NCBI GenBank assembly: GCA_951812955.1
Contig: OX638340.1
Location: forward strand, 2,368,001 to 2,432,000
Source of the DNA: an uncultured Gemmatimonadota bacterium
GTDB lineage: Bacteria; JAAXHH01
Length of the DNA: 64,000 bases
Direction of reading: 5' to 3'
Shown: positions 39,453 to 47,797 of the stretch, piece after piece
Numbering within the stretch: position 1 is the stretch's first letter
Layout of the letters: each line of letters starts with the position of its first letter
The notes under the pieces: generated by a model
What the model was told of the DNA's origin: nothing
Databases searched by the model: none
Seen by the model: only the letters and a program-made list of their open reading frames with translations
Program-made: the position numbers and the translations under genes

Positions 39453-39483
39453 ACTTGTATCCGGGCTCGACCGGATTCTCGGA

Positions 39484-41025
39484 TCAGGCGGGTTGCCCGG
39501 ACGAACCGGTTTCCCACGCGGACTTGAGTTCGTGGACGGTCAGCGATACGATGCGCGCGCCGCCGCTGTCCGACCGCAACGCCAGAGCGTGATTGGCCGC
39601 TGCCGGCAGGAAGCAGAATGACATGGACAATTCCCCACCGTTACCGAAGATCTCCAGGGAGGTGCGGTCGACCAGGAGCTGGAGCCGCACGCGCCGCCCG
39701 ATGGTCCTCAGGTCCGCGCTCCTTCCCATGCACGAAAGGGTCTGCCTTGCCGCGTCGTATGCCACATCGTGGCCCTGCACTTCGATGGTGAATCCCTTTC
39801 CTTCGCCGATTGCGTTGTCGGCTTGGCGCCCTTCAGCACCGCACACCTCGATCTCCATGCACACGTCGAACAGGTCGCCCTCTTCCGCAAGCACCAGCCG
39901 GCTTTCCGAGTCGCGCAGGCTCGTTACCGCGTAACTGCCGATCTCACCCCTGCCGTATTGCCGTCGAAACTGTTCGGCCGCCATTGCAGCCAGGTCACCG
40001 CCCGGCCAGTTGCGAGTCCCTGTATGAAGCAGTTCGATCTCCCTCACCGGCTCGCGGCACAGCCGTATACCCACCGGCAACGTCCTGAGCGTCAGCTCCA
40101 CCGGGAAGGTCATCTGCTGGTTGAAGGGCATGGCCGGGTATTTGCCGTCCCGCATCCACGAGATCTGGATCCGCCGTCCGTCCTCCGACGGGAGGTCGCT
40201 CCAGGTCTGGGCGGCATATCCGTTGGCGCCCTCTTCCGCCTGGAGGACGTCCGTTTCCGGCGTGAAGGTCTTGCCGTCGAAGCGCCCGAGCAGGTAACCG
40301 CCGCTCGCGCCCCAGAATACCCAACGCGTGTCCGAGGGATCTCCGTCCACCGGCAGTTCGAAGAAATCTGGACATTCAGACACGCCGGGCAGGGTCAGGT
40401 CCTGCAGACGCGTCCACGACCTGAGGTCCGGGGACGAGAACAGGGCGTAGTCGTTGCCGTCCATGAACAGGGTCATGATCCATCGCGCGGTCGGTTCGTA
40501 CCAGACCACCTTCGGATCCCGGTTCTCCGAACGGATATGCCCGATAACGGGATTGCCCGCATATTTCATCCACGTCCGGCCGCGATCATTGCTGTGGGCT
40601 ATACATTGTATACACCGCTTACCGGGGAACATCCTTTCGCCCCCCGCCGTGTAGAAGGCGATCAGGGGCGGATCATCTCCGTCCTGGAACCCGCCGGTAT
40701 TTTGATGGTCCACCGCCGCGGAACCCGACCACATCCATCCCGTGTCGTCCACGTCCAGCGCGGCGATATGGAGCTGCTTCCAGTGGACGAGGTCGGTGCT
40801 GACCGCGTGGCCCCACGTCGTGCGCCCGTGCACCATACTGCCCGGCGTGTGCTGGAAGTAAAGATGGTACTCCCCGTCGAAATAAACCAGTCCGTTGGGA
40901 TCGTTGATCCAGTGCTGCTTCGCCGTGAAGTGAAACTGGGGGCGGAGAGTTTCCCGGTAGAGGGTGTCGTTGGGCATCGCAGCGCCATTAGGTTTCGCTG
41001 ATTGGCCGGTCAGGATTCGCTCCAC
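39484..41025 (-). CDS. glycoside hydrolase family 32 (beta-fructofuranosidase/levanase/inulinase-like)
   Basis: HWINDPNG (WMNDPNG block), FRDP (RDP) and SECPD (EC) catalytic motifs, and the five-bladed beta-propeller length. An alternative start is the M at 40977. Confidence 0.8.
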   Translation of the reverse strand: MERILTGQSAKPNGAAMPNDTLYRETLRPQFHFTAKQHWINDPNGLVYFDGEYHLYFQHTPGSMVHGRTTWGHAVSTDLVHWKQLHIAALDVDDTGWMWSGSAAVDHQNTGGFQDGDDPPLIAFYTAGGERMFPGKRCIQCIAHSNDRGRTWMKYAGNPVIGHIRSENRDPKVVWYEPTARWIMTLFMDGNDYALFSSPDLRSWTRLQDLTLPGVSECPDFFELPVDGDPSDTRWVFWGASGGYLLGRFDGKTFTPETDVLQAEEGANGYAAQTWSDLPSEDGRRIQISWMRDGKYPAMPFNQQMTFPVELTLRTLPVGIRLCREPVREIELLHTGTRNWPGGDLAAMAAEQFRRQYGRGEIGSYAVTSLRDSESRLVLAEEGDLFDVCMEIEVCGAEGRQADNAIGEGKGFTIEVQGHDVAYDAARQTLSCMGRSADLRTIGRRVRLQLLVDRTSLEIFGNGGELSMSFCFLPAAANHALALRSDSGGARIVSLTVHELKSAWETGSSGQPA

Positions 41026-41047
41026 CGTTCGCTTTTGACGCCGCGAA

Positions 41048-41596
41048 TCACACGTTCGTCTCGATCAGCGTAACGCTGTGGGGATCCAGCAGGGTATAGT
41101 CCACGACTTCGAATCGGTTGCCGTCGACGTCGGTGAGCAAAAGCCGCGTATCCGAGGCCCAGTGGGTGTTCTCGTGGCCGCGGATGACGAACTCCCGTCT
41201 GCCCCGGTCGGTCATGACGTTCCAGTAGGTGACGCCGTACTCCATCTGAATGGAGTCAATGCGCTGTATCGTGGCGCGCAGGTACCGGTGGTCCAGCTCT
41301 TCCTCGATGACCTTGCGGGAATCTTCGTCCAGGTCGTCCATGTCCCGGATGAAGGCCACTTCCTCGTTCTTTATGTCCAGGAGCGACACGTACCGGTCGG
41401 TGTGGGCCAGGGGCGAGGCCTGGACCGGCCGGACGCGTATATAGGACCGCTCGGCGCCGACCGTCATGCGCACCGTGTTCGTCGGCGCCCGGAAGACCCG
41501 TATCTCGTGAGCCTGATAGGGTTCGACGGGGGCGTTCTCGATGCCCGTCTCGAATTCAAAGCTGTCCGGCGCGTCTACGCCTGGTTCATCCGGCAT
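41048..41596 (-). CDS. hypothetical protein, co-operonic with the ABC exporter pair (possibly DUF1854-like)
   Basis: 182 aa, 14 bp downstream of the second ABC gene on the same strand. The DUF1854 assignment is from memory and unverified. Confidence 0.45.
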   Translation of the reverse strand: MPDEPGVDAPDSFEFETGIENAPVEPYQAHEIRVFRAPTNTVRMTVGAERSYIRVRPVQASPLAHTDRYVSLLDIKNEEVAFIRDMDDLDEDSRKVIEEELDHRYLRATIQRIDSIQMEYGVTYWNVMTDRGRREFVIRGHENTHWASDTRLLLTDVDGNRFEVVDYTLLDPHSVTLIETNV

Positions 41597-41610
41597 TTCT
41601 ATCTCCCCGC

Positions 41611-43899
41611 TCAGGATGTATGTCCGTTGGCGCCGCTGTGCGGGTCGTTCCGGCCCCCGCCCACGGCCATGACGGCGGTGCTGGCACGCTGGGTTTCAAC
41701 CATTCGGTAGAAATGACCCTTCATGCCCAGCAGCTCCGCATGAGTGCCCGTCTCCACGATCCGTCCCGCGTCCAGCACCACCAGACGGTCCGCTCGGCGA
41801 AGGGTCGACAGCCGGTGGGCGATGGCAAAAGTCGTCCGGCCCTTCACGAGATTGGCGATGGCCTCCTGGATGAGCTTCTCCGTGTGGGTGTCCACCGAGG
41901 AGGTGGCCTCGTCCAGGATCAGGATGCGGGGATCGTGGATGATAGCCCGCGCGATGGCGATCCGCTGCTTTTCGCCGCCCGACAGTTCCTTGCCGTTCTC
42001 GCCGATCTGCGTATCGTATCCGTCGGGCTTCGCGCAGATGAAGTCGTGGGCGTTCGCCGTCCGCGCCGCCCGCATGATCTGCTCGAAGGAGGCGTCCGGA
42101 CTGCTGTACCGGATGTTCTCCGCGACGGATCCGCTGAAGAAGTAGGAGTCCTGCAACACCACGCCGATCTGCCTTCGAAGGTCCTTCAGGCTGATGTCCC
42201 GGATCGGCACGCCGTCGATCTTCAGGCCGCCGTCATCGATATCGTAAAACCGGCACAGCAGGTTGGTCATCGTCGTCTTGCCGGAACCGGACTTGCCTAC
42301 CAGACCGATCATCTCGCCCGGCTGCACGTGGAGGTTGATGTCGTGGAGTACGGGCTTGCCGGCCTCGTAAGCAAAGACCACGTCGCTGAATTTCACCTCG
42401 CCCTTTACGTCATTCATCTCTACCGGGACGTCCCGATCCTCGGTTTCCGCCGGCGTGTCTACGATCTCGAAGACCTTTTCCGCGCCGCTCATGGCACGGC
42501 TCGACCAGGTGTTCAGTTCGCCGAACCACCGAAGGGGCTCGTAGAGCATCCAGAGATAGGCGATGAACATCATGAGTGCGCCGAGGGTGAACGAGTCGTC
42601 GATTATGGCAGAACCCCCGTAGTACCAGACCAGGATCAGGCCAGACGAGGTAAGCATGCTGACCGTGCTGAAGAACACGGCCGCCTCCTTCTCGCTTTCG
42701 TAATCTCCCCGGAAGACGCCTTCGTTGCTGCTGCGGAACCGGCGCATCTCACGTTTTTCCTGGACGAAGGTCTTGACGACGCGCACGGAGGAGAGCATCT
42801 CGCCCGCGAGCCCTACGAGTTTGCCCCACCGGTAGTACTTCGTCCGGAAAGCCCGGATCAGCCGGATCCAGAAGAACCATCCTCCCGTTACGAGCAGAGG
42901 TATGGGAATGAGCACGAGAAGCGTGAGTTGCCAGCTGGTTATAAAAAGCAGGACCAGGATGCCCACCATGAGCAGGAGGTTGGTAATGATGTAGGGCACT
43001 CCGTCGACCAGGAACCACATCATGCTTTCCGTGTCGTTGGACACCCGCGAAATCAGGGATCCGACCTGGCGCTTGTTGTAGAATTTCATGCTCAGGCGGG
43101 AAAGGTTCTCGTACAGGTCTTCGCGGACGGACACGATCACGCGGCCGCCGAGCCATACGGAAAGCCGGTCCCTGAAGATCTCGAGGACGTAGGATCCCAG
43201 GCGGACGAACGCGAACGCGCCGATGAGGTAGTAGAGGAACGTCAAGGCGTCCTCGCGCGCGTCTACGTCCGCGACCAGGACGTCGTCGATGATGTAACGC
43301 ATAATGTAGGGCGGGCCGAGTTCCGCCAGGGTGAAGAGGAGCGACAGGAATACCATCATCGCGATGCGGCCCTTGAAGGGCAGGGCATACTTGGCGATCC
43401 GTCCCATCATCGCGAGCCGGTTGGTGCACGCCGAACAGATCCCGTTCGGCTCAGGCAGGAGGCGGTCGCATTTGCCGCACCTTGTCCGGTCTACTTCTCC
43501 CTGCATGTCGACCGGTTCGTCCTTGATGAGCTGGTCGATGCCCCGGGCGATCCGAGCGAACTTGGCGCGCTGGGTCGCGGTGTAGCGGAGGACCTCGATC
43601 TCTTCGTTTCCGATTACCACGTTGATTCGGCCCGAGCCTACCAGTTCCTCCACTGCGGCGCTTTTGGCGTCGGAAAACTCGATGGAAGCGTCCCCGTTTC
43701 CCATGCTTGCGCCGTTGGAATCGAACCGCATCAACCGCTGGTCCGTCACCACGAGCCAGCGTTCCTCGAACCGCAGTTCTTCCGTCAGGTCGGTCGCCGC
43801 CGCGATGCGGATGGTTTCCCCTTCCCGCAGCGCCTCCCGGCAACGGTCGGCCAGCGCGTCGGGCATCCGCTCTTCGTAGCTGGTTGTGCTATCCGTCAT
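41611..43899 (-). CDS. ABC exporter, fused permease-ATPase, with a roughly 180-aa N-terminal PH-like + Cx2C..Cx2C zinc-ribbon extension
   Basis: Type I exporter TMD (6 TM helices). NBD with Walker A GKSGSGKTT, signature LSGGEKQR and Walker B ILILDEAT. N-terminal WLVVTDQRLM and RCGKCDRLLPEPNGICSAC. Confidence 0.85.
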   Translation of the reverse strand: MTDSTTSYEERMPDALADRCREALREGETIRIAAATDLTEELRFEERWLVVTDQRLMRFDSNGASMGNGDASIEFSDAKSAAVEELVGSGRINVVIGNEEIEVLRYTATQRAKFARIARGIDQLIKDEPVDMQGEVDRTRCGKCDRLLPEPNGICSACTNRLAMMGRIAKYALPFKGRIAMMVFLSLLFTLAELGPPYIMRYIIDDVLVADVDAREDALTFLYYLIGAFAFVRLGSYVLEIFRDRLSVWLGGRVIVSVREDLYENLSRLSMKFYNKRQVGSLISRVSNDTESMMWFLVDGVPYIITNLLLMVGILVLLFITSWQLTLLVLIPIPLLVTGGWFFWIRLIRAFRTKYYRWGKLVGLAGEMLSSVRVVKTFVQEKREMRRFRSSNEGVFRGDYESEKEAAVFFSTVSMLTSSGLILVWYYGGSAIIDDSFTLGALMMFIAYLWMLYEPLRWFGELNTWSSRAMSGAEKVFEIVDTPAETEDRDVPVEMNDVKGEVKFSDVVFAYEAGKPVLHDINLHVQPGEMIGLVGKSGSGKTTMTNLLCRFYDIDDGGLKIDGVPIRDISLKDLRRQIGVVLQDSYFFSGSVAENIRYSSPDASFEQIMRAARTANAHDFICAKPDGYDTQIGENGKELSGGEKQRIAIARAIIHDPRILILDEATSSVDTHTEKLIQEAIANLVKGRTTFAIAHRLSTLRRADRLVVLDAGRIVETGTHAELLGMKGHFYRMVETQRASTAVMAVGGGRNDPHSGANGHTS

Positions 43900-43974
43900 G
43901 CCTCAGTGTCCTTGCCTATTCCGACGGCCGGCTTCGTTAAAGTCCTCACGGACCGGCCGGTTTTGATCAAACTT

Positions 43975-44048
43975 CGGTCAGGCCCCGGTCAAGCCTCACG
44001 GATCTTCCCGGCCGGCACGTGAGCGGTCAGGCCCCGGTCAAGCCTCGT
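43975..44048. repeat. about 24-bp direct repeat CGGTCAGGCCCCGGTCAAGCCTC x2 between the two ABC genes
   Basis: Copies at about 43975-43999 and 44024-44048. Confidence 0.45.
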
Positions 44049-44059
44049 TCAGGCCCTGG

Positions 44060-46324
44060 TCAGGCAACCTCCATGATCTCGGAGGTGGCTTTCTGCAGCC
44101 GCACCAGATGATGGAAATGACCGCGGTTTGCGATCAGTTCCTCGTGGGTGCCTTCCTCGACGACCTTTCCCTGCTCCAGCACCACGAGCCTGTCGGCGTC
44201 CCGCAGCGTGGAAAGGCGGTGGGCGATGGCGATCGTGGTGCGTCCCTTGATCAACCGGGCAATGGCTTCCTGGAGCTGTTTCTCCGTCTCGGCGTCCACC
44301 GAGGAGGTCGCCTCGTCCAGGATCAGGATGCGGGGGTCGTGGAGGATCGCCCGGGCGATCGAGACGCGCTGCTTCTCACCGCCCGACAGTCCGTTGCCCT
44401 TGTCCCCGAGTATCGTGTCGTATCCATCGGGCTTTGCGAGGATGAAGTTGTGGGCATTTGCCGCCCGGCCCGCCGCCATGATATCCTCAAAACTCGCGGC
44501 GGGTTTTCCATAGGCGATATTCTCCCGGATCGTCCCGTTGAAGAGGATCGGTTCCTGCAGGACGACGCCGATATGGCCACGCAGATCCTCGAGCCGGATG
44601 TCCCGCAGGTCCACGCCGTCCAGGGTGATCGAACCGTAATTGACATCGTAGAACCGGCAGATGAGATTGATGGTCGTACTCTTCCCGGCGCCCGACTTGC
44701 CAACCAGCCCGATCATCTCGCCGGGCCGGATCCGGAGATTGACGTCCCGGAGCACCGGAAGGGCTGCGTCATAGCCGAAGGTCACGTTATTGAATACGAT
44801 CTCGCCCTGCGTGCGCGGCATCGGCTTCGCGGTCCGGTCCTCATAATTCTCCGGTTCCATGTCGATGAGCTCGAATACCCGTTCGGCGGCGCTCATCGCC
44901 CGGGTCATCCAGCTGTTGACCCGGCCGAGCCACCGTAGCGGTCCGTAAAACATCTGCAGGTAGAAGTAGAACAACATCAGTTCGCCCGGGGTAAGTTCCT
45001 GGCCGAGCACCTGCCTGCCCCCCACCAGCCAGACCACGATGAAGCCCAGGAAGTTCAGCAGGCCCATGGTGGAGAAGTAGTAGATCCACTGCTTCTCGGT
45101 CCAGTATTCCAGGGCGAACATGTCCCGCGCGTTGCGCCTGAACCGGTCGACTTCCCTGTTTTCCTGTGCGAAGGCCTTGACGATGCGAATCCCCGAAAGG
45201 GACTCCTGGATGTGGGTGAAGAACCCTTCCCATTGGCGCCACATGCGTGTGTAATAGGACCGCAGTCTTCGGTACAGGACCCGGCCCCATATGACGATGA
45301 ACGGCACGGGAATGAGAATGTAAAGCGTGAGCACCCAGTTGGTATACAACAGCATACCGATGATCCCGAGCGTCGTCAGCCAGCGGAGGACGAGGAATGG
45401 CAGGCCGTCCACCAGGAAGCTGCGCACGTTCCGGGTGTCCCGCGTAACCCGCGAAAGCAGGCCGCCCGTCTTTTGCTTGTCGTGGAATCCCAGCGACAGG
45501 TATTCGACGTGGTGGTACACCTGGGCCCGGATATCCGCCACAACCCGGGCGCCTACCCAGGCCGTCAGCCAGCCGTTCGCCATCTCGCCCAGCCAGCGGA
45601 TGACAAGCAGTCCGGCCATGGCCGCGACGAACCAGAACAGAAGCTCCTTGTCCCCGTCCGGGAAGGCGTCGTCGATGATGAGCTGCGTGATCTTGGGCGG
45701 GAGGAGTTCCGCCACACTGAGTACCGCGAAGAGCCCCACCATGGTTATGGCCTTGGCCCGATGGGCGCCAAGGTAGGAGCAGATCCGCTTGAGCATGCCC
45801 CACTTGCTGACACAGGCCGGACACAGCCCGTCCTTCGTGGGCAGGCGACGGCCGCAAGTCTCGCAGACTACCCGCGGGAACTCGGTCTTGACCTGGAACG
45901 GCTTTTCCTCGATGTGCTGCTCGATACCGCGCTGCGCCTCGTTGAAGACGTCGACCCGGCTCTGGGAATACCGGATGAGCGGGATGGTGTCTTTGGCCGT
46001 GGAAACTTCCAGGCAGGAACCGCCGACCAGGGGTTCCACCGCCACCCTGGTCAGGTCCGCCAGCGGGACGGCGATGTCGTCGCCGGCGCCGTTGAGTTCC
46101 AGGGTCATGACGCGGCGGTCGGTTACGATGAGCCAGGAAGGCTCGAATCGGCCTTTCGCATCCATGTCCGATTCCAGGGTGATGCGGATTTCTTCGTTGG
46201 GTTCCAGAACGGGGTAGAGTTTTTTCTGAATCTGATCCGGCAGGGGATCGGCCAGGCGCATAGAACTTCCTTTGGGCCTATGCTGCGGGGAGTGGCTGCG
46301 TGCGGACTGAACGGAACCGTTCAT
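44060..46324 (-). CDS. ABC exporter, fused permease-ATPase, paralog with the same N-terminal PH-like + zinc-ribbon extension
   Basis: Walker A GKSGAGKST, signature LSGGEKQR and Walker B ILILDEAT. N-terminal WLIVTDRRVM and CETCGRRLPTKDGLCPAC. Confidence 0.85.
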   Translation of the reverse strand: MNGSVQSARSHSPQHRPKGSSMRLADPLPDQIQKKLYPVLEPNEEIRITLESDMDAKGRFEPSWLIVTDRRVMTLELNGAGDDIAVPLADLTRVAVEPLVGGSCLEVSTAKDTIPLIRYSQSRVDVFNEAQRGIEQHIEEKPFQVKTEFPRVVCETCGRRLPTKDGLCPACVSKWGMLKRICSYLGAHRAKAITMVGLFAVLSVAELLPPKITQLIIDDAFPDGDKELLFWFVAAMAGLLVIRWLGEMANGWLTAWVGARVVADIRAQVYHHVEYLSLGFHDKQKTGGLLSRVTRDTRNVRSFLVDGLPFLVLRWLTTLGIIGMLLYTNWVLTLYILIPVPFIVIWGRVLYRRLRSYYTRMWRQWEGFFTHIQESLSGIRIVKAFAQENREVDRFRRNARDMFALEYWTEKQWIYYFSTMGLLNFLGFIVVWLVGGRQVLGQELTPGELMLFYFYLQMFYGPLRWLGRVNSWMTRAMSAAERVFELIDMEPENYEDRTAKPMPRTQGEIVFNNVTFGYDAALPVLRDVNLRIRPGEMIGLVGKSGAGKSTTINLICRFYDVNYGSITLDGVDLRDIRLEDLRGHIGVVLQEPILFNGTIRENIAYGKPAASFEDIMAAGRAANAHNFILAKPDGYDTILGDKGNGLSGGEKQRVSIARAILHDPRILILDEATSSVDAETEKQLQEAIARLIKGRTTIAIAHRLSTLRDADRLVVLEQGKVVEEGTHEELIANRGHFHHLVRLQKATSEIMEVA

Positions 46325-46528
46325 ATATCAATAAAGTGGATGCACCCTTAAGCCATCATTGCCGCGAATGCCGTTGAAGCATTCATCGGGAGTGCGTTAA
46401 ACCCCCGTCCGAACCAGTTTGTGAAAGTACATTTTCGAGCACCAAAGTCAAGGAGAAGCTTCGGCATGAACGCGTTTATTTCCTGTATATTCCTTGATTT
46501 ACGTACGCCTCCGCTTACATTGCGTGAG

Positions 46529-46592
46529 GTCGTTCCGAACCTGAATTTTTACCGCATGTGATCGTCCCGAACCCGTATCCTTACCGTGTGTG
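46529..46592. repeat. about 32-bp tandem direct repeat (GTYSYCCGAACCYGWATYYTTACCGYRTGTG x2) in the divergent promoter region
   Basis: Lies between the ABC operon start and the PfkB kinase gene. Confidence 0.4.
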
Positions 46593-46701
46593 GCCATTCG
46601 GTACCCGTATACCCACAACCTGAAATCACCCTGAACGCCAGATCTCATCCGAGTTCTCACGGGGCCGATCATTCCCCGGCCCTGTCACGACAGCCTGACT
46701 C

Positions 46702-47763
46702 ATGATGACCCCGCACCGATTGGAAAATCTGTTGTCCCGCTTCGCCGGACTGTCCGTCCTGGTCGTCGGCGACTTCTTCCTCGACAAGTACCTGGTCATC
46801 GATCCGGATCTCGATGAGCCGTCCCTGGAGACCGGGCTGCACGCGCACCAGATAGTGGACCGCCGGTGCATGCCAGGCGCAGCGGGTACGGTCACGTCCA
46901 ACCTGCACGCCCTGGGCGTCGGGAACATCCATGCCCTCGGCGTCACGGGCGACGACGGGGAAGGATACGAACTCAGGCAGGGGCTGGCGGCGATGGATGT
47001 GCGGCTGGAGGGACTGATCGTATCCCCGGAACGATTCACGCCCACCTACATCAAGCCCATGTACCGCGAGCAGGGCGTAGAGCGGGAATCGAACCGGATC
47101 GACCTGCAGAACCGGACGTCCACGCCGGGTGCGCTGGAAGACCGGATCATCGAAAACCTGCGAGACATGGCGCCCGTGATGGATGGGCTGGTCGTACTGG
47201 ACCAGGTGGGACAGCGCAACACCGGGGTCGTCACGGACCGGGTCCGGGAAGCGATCTGCGACCTGGGCAGGACCCAACCGGAAAAGGTCATCCTGGCGGA
47301 TTCCCGCGAACGCATCGGCGAGTTCCGTCATGTGATTCGCAAGGGGAACCGAAGCGAAATCCACCGTGCCGCGCCGGACAGGTCGGACAGGTCGGAAAGA
47401 ACGGGCAGAACGGACAGATCGCATGCGGCCGGATGGGGCCAGGCGCTTTTCGAACGCGGCCTGGACGCGGGCGAAGGAACTTACAGGCCGGTTTTCGTCA
47501 CCCTGGGCGAGGACGGCTTGCTAGTGATCGATGACGACGGCTGCCGTCATTTGCCGGGCATCACGGTTCCCGGGTCCGTGGACACGGTCGGTGCGGGAGA
47601 CAGCGTCACCGCCGGGATCGTTTCCGCGCTCGCCGCCGGCGCGACCCTTGACGAGGCTGGCTTGGTGGGAAACCTGGCGGCTTCCGTCACCGTCCGGCAA
47701 CTTGGGGTCACCGGAACGGCGTCGCCGGGGCAGCTGTTGGAAGCTTTGAAAGCGCTAGGTTGA
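46702..47763 (+). CDS. PfkB-family sugar kinase (RfaE/HldE kinase-domain-like)
   Basis: N-terminal VLVVGDFFLDKY, a GAAG.V..N. region and the C-terminal DTVGAGD anion-hole motif. Contains an Arg/Ser/Asp-rich low-complexity insert (RSDRSERTGRTDRS). Confidence 0.65.
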   Translation: MMTPHRLENLLSRFAGLSVLVVGDFFLDKYLVIDPDLDEPSLETGLHAHQIVDRRCMPGAAGTVTSNLHALGVGNIHALGVTGDDGEGYELRQGLAAMDVRLEGLIVSPERFTPTYIKPMYREQGVERESNRIDLQNRTSTPGALEDRIIENLRDMAPVMDGLVVLDQVGQRNTGVVTDRVREAICDLGRTQPEKVILADSRERIGEFRHVIRKGNRSEIHRAAPDRSDRSERTGRTDRSHAAGWGQALFERGLDAGEGTYRPVFVTLGEDGLLVIDDDGCRHLPGITVPGSVDTVGAGDSVTAGIVSALAAGATLDEAGLVGNLAASVTVRQLGVTGTASPGQLLEALKALG

Positions 47764-47797
47764 AGGGGCGCCTGACAGGTTCCGAAGCGCAACATGA

